A stretch of DNA of 64,000 nt from a bacterium (GTDB lineage Bacteria; UBA8248; JACPRG01; G963555815). Made by a program: the position numbers and the translations under genes. The notes beneath the pieces are model-generated. The model worked only from the letters and a program-made list of their open reading frames with translations. It was not told the origin of the DNA and searched no databases. Positions 9,064 through 18,758 of the stretch are shown here, in pieces; positions within the stretch are counted from its first letter, which is position 1, and every line of letters starts with the position of its first letter. The stretch lies in contig CAUVWX020000001.1 in the NCBI GenBank assembly GCA_963555815.3, positions 704,001 to 768,000 on the forward strand. Direction: 5' to 3'.

Positions 9064-9387
9064 TCGAAATACCCTCCTTTCTGAATAACCCATCCTTCTG
9101 CATGAGCGATGGATGGCGAGAGATACGCCCTTGCCTATCCCTCCCTTACCTCCTCCCCCAGGCCTCGGTGAGGGCAGAAGGTTCCTCGAAGGAACCCTTT
9201 CTTCGGACCCCGATCCAGACTCGCACGAATAAGCTAACCATCTCATTGTCTCATGGTCTCTCAAATGACAAGGTGCTATCTAACGATAGTGTCCTGATTT
9301 CAGGGGTCAGACCGTTCGGCCCAAAAGGGAAGTCGAGGTATGCCTGGATTCGGTGCTGATAACGTCTAGCGTCAAAAGGAGGCATCC

Positions 9388-9795
9388 ATGAGGCGAGCTT
9401 TAATTCTCTCGCTGCCCTTGGCGGTGGGGATCGTGGTGGGGATGATAGGTGATCGGGTTTTCAGTGGCCAACGCGAGCCGATGAAGCGGACCATCCTCCT
9501 CAAAACAGATCTGGCCGGGCTGGAGGGGAAAGAAGGGATTGTGTTGCTCACAGAGTTCAATCCCCAGGCCACTACGGGAAGACACTATCACCACGGCCAC
9601 GAGTTTGCGCACGTCTTGGAAGGCTCTGGGACCTTCGAGGTGGAAGGAAAAACCGTCATCTTTAAGCCGGGGGACACCTTCCATATCCCTCCCAACCAGG
9701 TGCACAATGTCAAGAACAACGGCACGGCCCCGGTGAGGGCCCTGGTGTTCGTCATTCACGAAAAGGGCGAGCCCATCGCTGTCCCGGAGAAGTAG
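9388..9795 (+). CDS. exported cupin-domain protein
   Basis: AGGAGG RBS, hydrophobic N-terminus, GRHYHHGHEFAHVLEG and PGDTFHIPPNQVHNVKN cupin motifs. Confidence 0.9.
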   Translation: MRRALILSLPLAVGIVVGMIGDRVFSGQREPMKRTILLKTDLAGLEGKEGIVLLTEFNPQATTGRHYHHGHEFAHVLEGSGTFEVEGKTVIFKPGDTFHIPPNQVHNVKNNGTAPVRALVFVIHEKGEPIAVPEK

Positions 9796-9909
9796 TTGAA
9801 CCAGCAAACACGCCGAAGATTCCCGATGAAGTGGCCGTCTTTCCAGCGGCCGTTCCATTGCCCACACCCCGTCTTGACACACCGGAAAGGGCGGGTTACA
9901 TTTGGCCCA

Positions 9910-11127
9910 ATGCGAAGTGAAGGGTGGTCCTCAAAGGTGTTTCGTTTCCCCTACTCGTTTTCTTCTCCCATTGCCTGGCGAGGGGTCCTGGTCTTTCTTC
10001 TCCTTATTGCGCTCCTCGTCCCCGTTTTCTCTGTGTCAGCCCAGGAGGCCGAAGAGGCTGAGGAAGAGCCCCCCTACCAATCGGCCTTCATGATAGAGGC
10101 TGAAACGGGGCATATCCTTTTCGCCCACGAGCCTGACCAAAGACTGCTCCCCGCCTCCATCGTGAAGATGATGCTGATGCTAATCGTGATGGAGATGGCG
10201 GAGCGCGGAGAGGCCGACCTCGACGCGCCGATCCGGACCTCTGCTGACGCCAGTCGCATCGGTGGATCCCAGGTCTTCCTGAAGGACGGCGAGGTGTTCC
10301 CCTTGCGGGAGCTTCTGAAGGCTGTGGTGATCGCGTCGGCCAACGATGCCGCTGTGGCTATCGCCGAAGGAGTTGTTGGGGCGACCGAGGAATTTGTGGA
10401 GATCATGAACGAGCGAGCCGAGGAGCTTGGAATGACGGGGACCCGCTACACCAATGTCCACGGTCTCCCCGCAGGGCCAAGGCAGGAGGAAAATTTTACG
10501 ACGGCCAGAGACATCGCCCTCCTTGCCCAGCAGCTCACCCGTTTTCCTCTCCTGCTGGAGTGGGGGTCCACCTTCCGGGACGAGTTTCGGAACGGTGAGT
10601 TCACCCTCTACAACACGAACGACCTGGTTCGGACCTTTTCCGGCGTGGACGGCTTCAAGACAGGCCATCTCGAAGAGGCCGGCTTCAATCTGTCCGCCAC
10701 GGCCGATAGAGGCGGGCTTCGCCTCATCTCGGTGGTCCTTGGAAGCCCCTCTTCCTCCGCCCGCTTCAAGGCGACGAGGGGTCTTCTTGCAAGGGGGTTT
10801 CGCCGCTATAAGAAGGTCACTCTCTTTTCAGAAGGGGACCCGGTTGGAGACGCCGTCCTCGTCGCCAAAGGGGAAAAGAGGGCGACGACGCTCACCGTCG
10901 GGGAGCCCGTGAAATTCGTCATCCAGCGCAAGGACGAAAGCCGGATCACCACCCGACGGAAACTCCCCGAGCCCCTGGAGGCCCCCCTTGCAAAGGGACA
11001 AAGGGTCGGGGAGCTTGAGATTATCGTCGGGGACCAGGTGATTAAAACCGCGCCCCTCCTGGCCAGCGAAGAGATCGGCCAGGCGAGTCTCATTAGAAGG
11101 TTCATCGACTTCTTTAACTTTAGGTAG
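9910..11127 (+). CDS. dacA: D-alanyl-D-alanine carboxypeptidase (peptidase S11, PBP5 C-terminal domain)
   Basis: PASIVKMM (SxxK), SANDAA (SxN), KTG; start uncertain. Confidence 0.9.
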   Translation: MRSEGWSSKVFRFPYSFSSPIAWRGVLVFLLLIALLVPVFSVSAQEAEEAEEEPPYQSAFMIEAETGHILFAHEPDQRLLPASIVKMMLMLIVMEMAERGEADLDAPIRTSADASRIGGSQVFLKDGEVFPLRELLKAVVIASANDAAVAIAEGVVGATEEFVEIMNERAEELGMTGTRYTNVHGLPAGPRQEENFTTARDIALLAQQLTRFPLLLEWGSTFRDEFRNGEFTLYNTNDLVRTFSGVDGFKTGHLEEAGFNLSATADRGGLRLISVVLGSPSSSARFKATRGLLARGFRRYKKVTLFSEGDPVGDAVLVAKGEKRATTLTVGEPVKFVIQRKDESRITTRRKLPEPLEAPLAKGQRVGELEIIVGDQVIKTAPLLASEEIGQASLIRRFIDFFNFR

Positions 11128-11157
11128 GTTTCCCTCCTCCTTTCTGATATCTCCCCC

Positions 11158-12300
11158 ATGGCACAGGAAGATATTCGCTTGGCCCGGCTCATCGCCGAGG
11201 AGATCGGCGAGGGCAGAATGACCTTCGCCGACTTCATGGAGCGAGCCCTCTATCACCCAACGCTCGGCTACTACATGAGGCAAGAGCCTCCGGGGGGCCG
11301 CGCGCAGGATTACTATACGAGCCCCGAGGTGGGCCGCCTCTTTGGGAGTTGTCTTGCGCGACAGCTCGGGGAGATGTGGCGTCTCCTCGGTCGGCCCGAG
11401 CCCTTCTTCTTGGTGGAGCTGGGGGCGGGGCGGGGTCTTCTCAGCGAAGACGTCCTGAGGGCCCTTGAAGAGGACAGAGAGTGTCTTGACGCGACCTCCT
11501 GGGTGCTGGTTGAGGTGAGCCCCGCCAGGCTAAGCGAGGCACGTCAGCGGCTCCTCTTGTCTTCGCGGCAGGAAAAGATTTTCGTCGAAGACCTGAGCGG
11601 ATGGGAGCCCCCTGAAGCGGGCGCCGCCTGCTTTTTCTCCAACGAGCTCCTCGATGCCCTTCCGGTCCACAGGGTCTGCCAGGAGGGCTCGCGCCTCCGG
11701 GAGATCTACGTCAGACAAGAAGGGGGGAGATTCTATGAGGAGGCGGGTGAACCCTCGAGCCCGGAGTTGGAATCCTACCTGCAGGATCTTCACATGAAGC
11801 TCCCCGAGGGGGTGAGGACCGAGATTTGCCTAAAGACCATTGAGTGGATGAAGGAAGTGGGCAGGAAGCTCAAACGAGGATTCATCATCACCATTGACTA
11901 CGGCCACCCGGCAACGGAACTCTATTCGCTCCTCAGGCCCCAGGGGACTCTTGTTTGCTATTACCGGCACACCGCCCACGAGAACCCCTACGTCCGGGTG
12001 GGGGGCCAAGACATCACGGCCCATGTGGATTTCACCCACCTCGCCCGGGCCGGGAGGGAAGCGGGGGTTCAGCTGACGGGATTCACCGACCAGCTCCACT
12101 TTCTCATGGGCCTGGGCGCCCCGGAGCTTGCCTCGAAGGTTTTTGGGGGAGACACCCTCCGCCAGTCTCTGGCCCTAAAAACCCTCCTTTTGCCGGGGGG
12201 GCTCGGGGGGACGATGAAGATCCTCATCCAGCACAAGGGGGATTTTTCCGGCGCCCTCTCGGGCCTGAAGTCTTCTCCCTTTAGAAATAGTGAGTTATAG
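11158..12300 (+). CDS. SAM-dependent methyltransferase, MidA/NDUFAF7 family
   Basis: FADFMERALYHPTLGYY, DYYTSPEV, VELGAGRG, SNELLDALPVH, IDYG, QDITAHVDF. Confidence 0.92.
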   Translation: MAQEDIRLARLIAEEIGEGRMTFADFMERALYHPTLGYYMRQEPPGGRAQDYYTSPEVGRLFGSCLARQLGEMWRLLGRPEPFFLVELGAGRGLLSEDVLRALEEDRECLDATSWVLVEVSPARLSEARQRLLLSSRQEKIFVEDLSGWEPPEAGAACFFSNELLDALPVHRVCQEGSRLREIYVRQEGGRFYEEAGEPSSPELESYLQDLHMKLPEGVRTEICLKTIEWMKEVGRKLKRGFIITIDYGHPATELYSLLRPQGTLVCYYRHTAHENPYVRVGGQDITAHVDFTHLARAGREAGVQLTGFTDQLHFLMGLGAPELASKVFGGDTLRQSLALKTLLLPGGLGGTMKILIQHKGDFSGALSGLKSSPFRNSEL

Positions 12301-12343
12301 GATGGACCGGGGTTTTGGCCCCTCACCCTAAGACGATTTGGCC

Positions 12344-12372
12344 TTGACAGGAAAAGAAGCAAGGGCTAAATT
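12344..12372 (+). promoter_or_regulatory. sigma70 promoter of Rrf2 regulator
   Basis: TTGACA-N17-TAAATT. Confidence 0.6.
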
Positions 12373-12421
12373 TTTGATATCTCCGGCCGATTAAGTCGTA
12401 CTTAGGACAAGGAGTCATCCC

Positions 12422-13123
12422 GTGCAGATGCAGATCAGTCGTCGAGTGGACTACGCCCTCAGGGCAATGGGGGTTTTGGCGGCCCAGCCCCCGGGGAAGG
12501 TCACGAATCTCTCCGAGATTGCTCAGGCAGGGGGGATTCCGAGCCGGTTTCTTGAGAAGATCATGAGGCCGCTTGTGAACCACGGCTACGTCAAGGCCCA
12601 CCTTGGCCCCAGGGGGGGATACACCATCGCCCGCAAGGCGGATGAGATCACCTTCAAGGAGGTCATTGAGTCCGTCGAGGGCCCTATCGCCGTCAACGAG
12701 TGCATCCCCTTTGCGGAGGCCTGCACTCAGTCGGCACATTGTTATCAGCTGCCCATCTGGAGAAAGCTCCAGGGGGCCATTGAGGAAATGCTCCTTGAGC
12801 ATACGATTGGGGAATTGGTCAGCCAGTCGGCCGGGTGGCGGAACGGCCAGGAGCCCTGGAAACGGGAGGAATTTCTATCGCCCTCTTTGGTTGTAGAGGG
12901 TGAGGGGTCAACCAAGCCCGGGTCAGGCTTACGCCAGGCCCGGCCTAGAAACCTCGGAGGACCTCCCTTGGGAAGCGAAACGAGCGAGGCCGTCATGGTG
13001 GGAATGTTGAAGCTTAATCCCACGCCGGGAAGCAGGACAGGCTTTCTGGGGAACCCATCCGAGGAGAGGGGGGGAACAAAAGGTGAGATGCCCAAAATGC
13101 GAGGGCCTGATGATCCCCTTTAA
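12422..13123 (+). CDS. Rrf2-family transcriptional regulator (three Cys, IscR/NsrR-like)
   Basis: SRRVDYALRAM, GPRGGYTIAR, ESVEGPI, C-x6-C-x5-C; about 95 aa low-complexity tail of doubtful function. Confidence 0.88.
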   Translation: MQMQISRRVDYALRAMGVLAAQPPGKVTNLSEIAQAGGIPSRFLEKIMRPLVNHGYVKAHLGPRGGYTIARKADEITFKEVIESVEGPIAVNECIPFAEACTQSAHCYQLPIWRKLQGAIEEMLLEHTIGELVSQSAGWRNGQEPWKREEFLSPSLVVEGEGSTKPGSGLRQARPRNLGGPPLGSETSEAVMVGMLKLNPTPGSRTGFLGNPSEERGGTKGEMPKMRGPDDPL

Positions 13124-13292
13124 GCATTATGGTTTTGGATCGGATTTGGCTGGGTCATTTTACGGATGGCACTGTATTCACTGCGGAGAGATCTTGGACG
13201 CGGTCATCGTCGAAAACCGCGCCCAGGCCCAGATGGCCATAGGGGGCAAGGAGCCTGTGGTCCTCAAGCGGAGGCGGGTTGTGATCCGCTGA
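13083..13292 (+). CDS. small zinc-ribbon protein
   Basis: MRCPKCEGLM...WHCIHCGEILDAVIVENR, strong RBS, followed by terminator. Confidence 0.8.
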   Translation: MRCPKCEGLMIPFKHYGFGSDLAGSFYGWHCIHCGEILDAVIVENRAQAQMAIGGKEPVVLKRRRVVIR

Positions 13293-13322
13293 GGGTCTGG
13301 AAGAAGGGATTTTTAGAAGGCG

Positions 13323-13352
13323 AGGCCCCTGGGAGAAACCCCGGGGGCTTTT
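13323..13352 (+). terminator. intrinsic terminator
   Basis: GCCCCTGGG-loop-CCCGGGGGC-TTTT. Confidence 0.65.
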
Positions 13353-13568
13353 CCTTTGTGGGCAGAAATTGAACTTTTAGTGATTAGTCCGGTCGGTCGG
13401 GCGAGGGTGTGGTCACGAAGAAGCTGATTAAGATGAAGACCAGGATTTTCTTCACCGGTTCTCCCCCCCAATAGAAACCGGCCGTCAATTCCCAGGTCAA
13501 GGTCGAAGCCTAAAAATTTGGCCACAAATCAGCGGTTTTGGTCAAGGCCTTTTCGCCCGGGGGAGGCC

Positions 13569-14567
13569 CTATTTCTCCCCTGATGGGGCCTCTTCCCTTC
13601 TCTCAAGCTCCCTGAGAAGGGGGGTCTTATAGATCTGGCGATCCAGTGAACGGTGGCGGGGCGTGAAGGGCTCCGCCCCCCGGTCCCGCTCCACGGCCCT
13701 CTCGAATATCTGGACCTTGGCGTCCAGGTCGTCGGCGTAGTGGAGGGCCAGGGCCTCCAGGGTCTGGGGGACTCGGGGGGAGTTCCACTCGGGACGCCCC
13801 TGGTGGCTCAAGACGAGATGTTCAAGCTCTACGAGATCTTCCTCAGGGAAATCTGGTATTTCTTTTGCCTTCTCCCGGACCATGTCTCGCCCCTGGATGA
13901 TGTGGCCGATGAGGCGGCCGGAGGTCGTGTAGTGGGTCTCCCCCTCGAAGGAGAGCTCCTTCAGCTTCCCGATGTCGTGGAGAATGGCGCCTGCAAGGAG
14001 GAGGTCCCGGCGGACAGGGTATTTCTCGGCGAGATAAAGACAGGTCCGCGTCACTGAGAGGGTGTGCTCAAGGAGCCCCCCGACGAAGGGGTGGTGGTGA
14101 TATTGGGAGGCGGGGGCCCTGCAGAAAGCCTCCCGGTGGCCCGACAAAAGTTCGAGCACGAGATCCTTGATGGGAGCAGAGAAGGTTTCTCCAATCCCCA
14201 CGATCTCTGACCACATGGCCTCGACATCGTAAGCGGTCCTCTCTTCGAAATGGTCCTCTTTAAAGCCATAGGCCCGGTCCTCTTCGGTCACCCGGCGGAT
14301 CTTTTTCAGGACGAGCTGAGGGGTCTCCTGATAAAGCTCCACCTGGCCTGCGACGGCGACGAAATCCCCCCGGGTCAGATCCTCCCCATCCCCGTAGTCC
14401 CACACCTTGGCCTGGATTTCACCCGTTTTGTCCTTCAGCTTGAGGTCAAGATAGGGTTTGCCGCCCCGGGTTTCCTTGACCTGGATGAAGCTGATGCGGA
14501 AAAAGCCGTTGATGTGTTCCTTGGGCTTCAGGTCCGCTACATATTTGAGGTGAGTCCCGTCAGACAT
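13569..14567 (-). CDS. yhaM: 3'-5' exoribonuclease YhaM family (OB fold + HD)
   Basis: GKPYLDLKLKDKTGEI OB fold; HHPFVGGLLEHT, LHDIGK, HYADDLDAK. Confidence 0.9.
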   Translation of the reverse strand: MSDGTHLKYVADLKPKEHINGFFRISFIQVKETRGGKPYLDLKLKDKTGEIQAKVWDYGDGEDLTRGDFVAVAGQVELYQETPQLVLKKIRRVTEEDRAYGFKEDHFEERTAYDVEAMWSEIVGIGETFSAPIKDLVLELLSGHREAFCRAPASQYHHHPFVGGLLEHTLSVTRTCLYLAEKYPVRRDLLLAGAILHDIGKLKELSFEGETHYTTSGRLIGHIIQGRDMVREKAKEIPDFPEEDLVELEHLVLSHQGRPEWNSPRVPQTLEALALHYADDLDAKVQIFERAVERDRGAEPFTPRHRSLDRQIYKTPLLRELERREEAPSGEK

Positions 14568-14570
14568 CGG

Positions 14571-14984
14571 TTATCTCGTAGATTGGGTCTCGACAAGCTC
14601 GATCAGAACGCCTGAGGCGGTCTTCGGGTGAAAGAAGCAGATGAGATGTCCGAGGATCCCCGGGCGAGGCTCTGGGTCGATGGGCTGAAGGCCCTTCTCA
14701 ACGAGGGTTTTCATGGCGGCCCGGATATCCTCCACCTGGTAGGCCAAGTGGTGAAGCCCTTCCCCGCGCTTTTTAAGAAAGCGGCCCAGGACGCTCTCTT
14801 CTCTGAGGGGGGCGAGGAACTCTATCACGCTGTCTCCGATCTCCACGAGTGCGGCGTCGACCTCACCGTTAAAGTTCGGATGGCGGCTTCGGACCTTTCC
14901 ACCAAGGGCGGACTCGTAGAGGGAGACGGTCGCCTCGAGATCTCGGACGCCCACCCCGATGTGATCCAGCTTTCCCAGTTTCAT
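14571..14984 (-). CDS. mce: methylmalonyl-CoA epimerase (VOC family)
   Basis: LDHIGVGV, GEGLHHLAYQV, FFHPKTASGVLIELVE. Confidence 0.85.
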   Translation of the reverse strand: MKLGKLDHIGVGVRDLEATVSLYESALGGKVRSRHPNFNGEVDAALVEIGDSVIEFLAPLREESVLGRFLKKRGEGLHHLAYQVEDIRAAMKTLVEKGLQPIDPEPRPGILGHLICFFHPKTASGVLIELVETQSTR

Positions 14985-15015
14985 CCTCAGGCCTTTCAGG
15001 GATCAAATTCAGGTC

Positions 15016-16089
15016 TCATCCTTCCGAGGCCAGACGGGGCGATTCATTTCGCCACACCTCGGGCGTCTCGCCCAGTTTTGGCCGGACGATCCCCCTCTCC
15101 GTAATGATGGCGTCCACCAGCGAGGCCGGTGTGATGTCAAAAGCGGGGTTGAACACCTCCACCCCCTCGGGGCAGATGCGTTTTCCTCCGATGTGCGTCA
15201 CTTCCTCGGGCGCCCTCTCCTCGATGGGGATTTCCTCTCCGGACGGAAGACTAAAATCGATGGTCGAAAGGGGCGCCGCCACATAAAAGGGGAGACTGTT
15301 TTCCCGGGCGAGGACGGCCACCGTGTAGGTCCCGATCTTGTTGGCCACATCCCCATTCCGTGCGATGCGGTCCGCCCCGACGATGACGGCGTGGACGTCG
15401 CCGCGCCGCATGCAATAGCCGGCCATGTTGTCCGTGATGAGAACGATCGGGATCCCCTCCTTCTTGAGCTCCCAGGCGGTGAGGCGGGAGCCCTGAAGAA
15501 AGGGGCGGGTTTCGTCTACATAGACCAGGGAGAGCTTTCCCTGCCGGAAGGCAGAGCGAATGACCCCCCCCGCCGTCCCGTATCCCGCTGTGGCCAAAGA
15601 CCCGGCGTTGCAATGGGTCAGAAGCCGGGACCCGGCCGACAGGAGCGAGGCGCCTTGTTCCCCAATCCTGTGGTTGATGGCGATATCCTCCTCCTTGACC
15701 CGGTGGGCCTCCGCGAGGAGCCGGTCTGCGAACCCCTGAGTCCCCGCCCCGGACGCCAGGGCATTGCGGGCGGTCTGCAGGAGACGATGGGCGGCCCAGG
15801 CGAGGTTGACAGCGGTCGGCCGTGTTCCCTTGAGGGACTCGGCGGCCCTCTCCAGGTGGAGCAGAAGATCCTGGGGCGTTCGGTCTGAGACCTCCTTCGC
15901 TGCCAGGGCCATCCCATAGGCCGCCGCCACTCCGATAGCCGGGGCCCCCCGGACGACCATGGTGCGAATCGCCTCGCCCACTTCCCCACAGTCCCTGCAC
16001 GAGATGTAGGTCTCCTCCCCCGGCAGCTTCCTCTGGTCGAGGAGGAGGAGGGCGCCCTCCCGGAATTCAAGAGTTTGGACATTCGACAT
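15016..16089 (-). CDS. mtnA: S-methyl-5-thioribose-1-phosphate isomerase
   Basis: LLDQRKLP, MVVRGAPAIG, RPTAVNL, LTHCNAGSLAT, DETRP, NKIGTY. Confidence 0.96.
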   Translation of the reverse strand: MSNVQTLEFREGALLLLDQRKLPGEETYISCRDCGEVGEAIRTMVVRGAPAIGVAAAYGMALAAKEVSDRTPQDLLLHLERAAESLKGTRPTAVNLAWAAHRLLQTARNALASGAGTQGFADRLLAEAHRVKEEDIAINHRIGEQGASLLSAGSRLLTHCNAGSLATAGYGTAGGVIRSAFRQGKLSLVYVDETRPFLQGSRLTAWELKKEGIPIVLITDNMAGYCMRRGDVHAVIVGADRIARNGDVANKIGTYTVAVLARENSLPFYVAAPLSTIDFSLPSGEEIPIEERAPEEVTHIGGKRICPEGVEVFNPAFDITPASLVDAIITERGIVRPKLGETPEVWRNESPRLASEG

Positions 16090-16178
16090 GGGTTGAATCC
16101 ACTCTCCAGACGGTGTTGTGTTCAGACTCCGATTGGTTTTGTCGAGGGCGCCCCCTCTTTGCCTTTTCCGGGCGTTCC

Positions 16179-16655
16179 TCATTCCTGCGGTTCCTCGTCT
16201 GGGGTGTTCTGCTGCTCTTCCATGTCCAGCATGCGGAGGTGGGTCTCCAGCATGGCACGGAGGTTGAGGATGAACTGCTTTCTTCGCCTGATGAGATCCG
16301 TCAGGTCATCGGTCACGTTTTTGACCTGAAAGCGGGAGGAGTGGATGATCTCGTCGGCCTTCAGGTTGGCGTTTCTCAGGACGAGTTCGGCCTCCTTCTT
16401 GGCGTGGAGGGTGATCTCCTCCTTCATGACCTGGGCGGAGAGGAGGGTCTTCTTCAGGTTGGCCTCGTTTTCCCGATAGCCTCCCGTCTCCTGCTGGTGC
16501 TTGGCGAGATCGTCCTTCAAGCGGGCGTTCTCCCGACCCAGCTCATCCAGCTCCTCGGCCACCATCTCGAGGAAGGCGTCCACCTCCTGAGGGTCAAAAC
16601 CCCGAAACTTGACTGTAAACCTCTGTTGCCGGACATCAACTGGCGCGATCTTCAT
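16179..16655 (-). CDS. divIVA: DivIVA domain protein
   Basis: MKIAPVDVRQQRF...FRGFDPQEVDAFL plus coiled coil. Confidence 0.9.
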   Translation of the reverse strand: MKIAPVDVRQQRFTVKFRGFDPQEVDAFLEMVAEELDELGRENARLKDDLAKHQQETGGYRENEANLKKTLLSAQVMKEEITLHAKKEAELVLRNANLKADEIIHSSRFQVKNVTDDLTDLIRRRKQFILNLRAMLETHLRMLDMEEQQNTPDEEPQE

Positions 16656-16685
16656 GCGCCTCTCTCCTTGAGGCTGTTCCATCTT

Positions 16686-16982
16686 CTACCTCAATTGAAA
16701 CGCCAGATCCCTTAATGAGGACACCGCAAAGGACTGAAGAAAGATGATGATGAGAATGACGATGAGAGGAGAAAAATCGATCCCGTATCCGAAGGGAAGA
16801 CGGGTTCGAATGGGATACAGGATGGGCTCCGTGATCGCGTAGAGGATCTGGACAAGGGAGTTGTAGGGGTCCGGGCTGAACCAGGAGATGATGGCCCGAA
16901 TAACGATAATGAACATGTAGATCCTGAGGATGATGCCGAGAATGGTGGCGATGGCCCCAAGAAGGTTTCCCAAGATAAACAC
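16686..16982 (-). CDS. yggT: YggT family membrane protein
   Basis: ISWFSPDPYN...ITEPIL.PIR...GIDFSP. Confidence 0.93.
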   Translation of the reverse strand: MFILGNLLGAIATILGIILRIYMFIIVIRAIISWFSPDPYNSLVQILYAITEPILYPIRTRLPFGYGIDFSPLIVILIIIFLQSFAVSSLRDLAFQLR

Positions 16983-16985
16983 AGT

Positions 16986-17801
16986 TTACTCCCTGCGGCC
17001 CAGTTCCTGGGAGCGGCGGGTGGCCGCCTCCACCGCGTCGATGAGAGAGCTCCGAAGAGACCCCGCCTCCAGGGCCTCCAAACCCGCGACGGTGGTCCCC
17101 CCAGGGGAGGACACCATCTCCTTGATCTGGCTGGGATGTCTTCCGGTCTCCAGGACCATCTGGGCGGTCCCGGCCACTGTTTGGGCCGCCAGGGTCAACG
17201 CCACCTCGCGCGGGAGGCCCATCTTGACCCCCCCGTCGGCCAGGGCCTCCACCACGACCGCCACAAAGGCGGGGCCGCTGCCCGAGAGGCCAGTGACCGC
17301 GTCCATCAGGCCTTCCTCGACCTCCAGGGCCTGGCCCACGGAATTGAGGATGGTCACTACCAGGTCCAGATCCTTTTTATTTGCCTTGCTCCCCAGGGCC
17401 ACCCCCGCCGCCCCCCTTCCGATGAGGGCCGGCGTGTTGGGCATCACCCTAATCACCCGCCCTCGACCGCCGAGACCCTCTTCGACAACGCGAATGGGGA
17501 CGCCCGCGGCGATGGTGACGACGAGCTGATCGTCCTTCACCACACCGGAGAGACCTCTCAAGGCGCTGGTCATCTGCTGTGGCTTAATCGCCAGGAGGAT
17601 GACCTCGGCCCCTTTCGCCGCCTGGGCGTTATCCGGGCAGACCAAAACCTGATAGGTCTTGCGAAGGGACTCCAGGCGAGCCGGGAGAACGTCCGAGACC
17701 AGGATACTTGAGGGGGGGATAGAGTCCGCGCGAATGAGACCCCCGATAAGGGCCTCGCCCATGTTGCCCCCGCCGATGACGGCAAGGTGCCCATTTTTCA
17801 A
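16986..17801 (-). CDS. proC: pyrroline-5-carboxylate reductase
   Basis: [33 protein letters not shown] start after AGAGGG. Confidence 0.95.
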   Translation of the reverse strand: MKNGHLAVIGGGNMGEALIGGLIRADSIPPSSILVSDVLPARLESLRKTYQVLVCPDNAQAAKGAEVILLAIKPQQMTSALRGLSGVVKDDQLVVTIAAGVPIRVVEEGLGGRGRVIRVMPNTPALIGRGAAGVALGSKANKKDLDLVVTILNSVGQALEVEEGLMDAVTGLSGSGPAFVAVVVEALADGGVKMGLPREVALTLAAQTVAGTAQMVLETGRHPSQIKEMVSSPGGTTVAGLEALEAGSLRSSLIDAVEAATRRSQELGRRE

Positions 17802-17835
17802 TATCCCTCTTGTCTTTCGCTGAGGCAATTTGGAC

Positions 17836-18528
17836 TCACTCCCGGGGGCCGAAGATGGCCGATCCGATCCGAACCGAAGTGGCCCCCTCCTCAATGGCGA
17901 CCTCGAAATCAGCCGTCATTCCCATCGAGAGCTCCTGGACCTCGTGAAAGCCCTTGTCGACGAGGTTGTCTCGAAGCCTTCGAAGGGCTTGAAACCAGGG
18001 GCGGCTTTCCTCCGGACGCTTGGGACGGGGGGGCATGGTCATCAGGCCTCGCAGTTGAAGATGGGGAAGGCCCCTGAGGGCCTCTGCCAGGACCGGGACC
18101 TCTTCAGGCCGGCAGCCGTGCTTGCCGCTCTCCCCCGCCACGTTGACCTGGAGAAGGACGTCCATCTTAGTTCCCTCGGCCTGTGCGCAACGCGCCAGGG
18201 TCTCGATGAGGGGAAGGCTGTCAACCGAGTGGATGAGCTCGAAGAGCCCAACGACGCGGCGGACCTTGTTTCGCTGGAGATGGCCGACCAGATGCCACCG
18301 GGGCCGAAGACCCTCCCCGTCCAGCTGGGCGGCCTTCTGCACCGCCTCTTGGACCCGGTTTTCTCCGAACCACTGGACGCCCGCCTCGAGGGCCTCCCGG
18401 ATGAGGGGAACAGGGACCGTCTTCGTGACACTGATCAGTCGGACCTCATCCGGCCCTCGGCCAGCCCTGCGGGCGGCGTCGGTGATCCGGGCCCGGACCT
18501 CCACCAGATTATCAGCGATCTGCCCCAT
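17836..18528 (-). CDS. yggS: PLP homeostasis protein YggS
   Basis: [42 protein letters not shown]. Confidence 0.95.
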   Translation of the reverse strand: MGQIADNLVEVRARITDAARRAGRGPDEVRLISVTKTVPVPLIREALEAGVQWFGENRVQEAVQKAAQLDGEGLRPRWHLVGHLQRNKVRRVVGLFELIHSVDSLPLIETLARCAQAEGTKMDVLLQVNVAGESGKHGCRPEEVPVLAEALRGLPHLQLRGLMTMPPRPKRPEESRPWFQALRRLRDNLVDKGFHEVQELSMGMTADFEVAIEEGATSVRIGSAIFGPRE

Positions 18529-18758
18529 TTCCTAAGACCAGCTGAACCCTACGCGATAGTTTATCTCATAATTGCCCGTTGGGGCCCGTGCAAAAGGTAT
18601 TTTATAGAGTGTCGGGAATTATTCTCCCATGAGGCCTGTTTGCCTATCCATGGGATTGGGATAGTGTTTCTTTTGTGCTTTTCGTATAATTGATGAAAAA
18701 TAAGAGTTCTTACCTCCTTATTGTTAAGCGATTATAGCTCCAAGCGAGGGGGAGTGTC

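Noticed and set aside
12378..12404. IscR-type operator upstream of the Rrf2 gene
   Set aside because: Position is plausible, but the inverted repeat is too degenerate to support by eye
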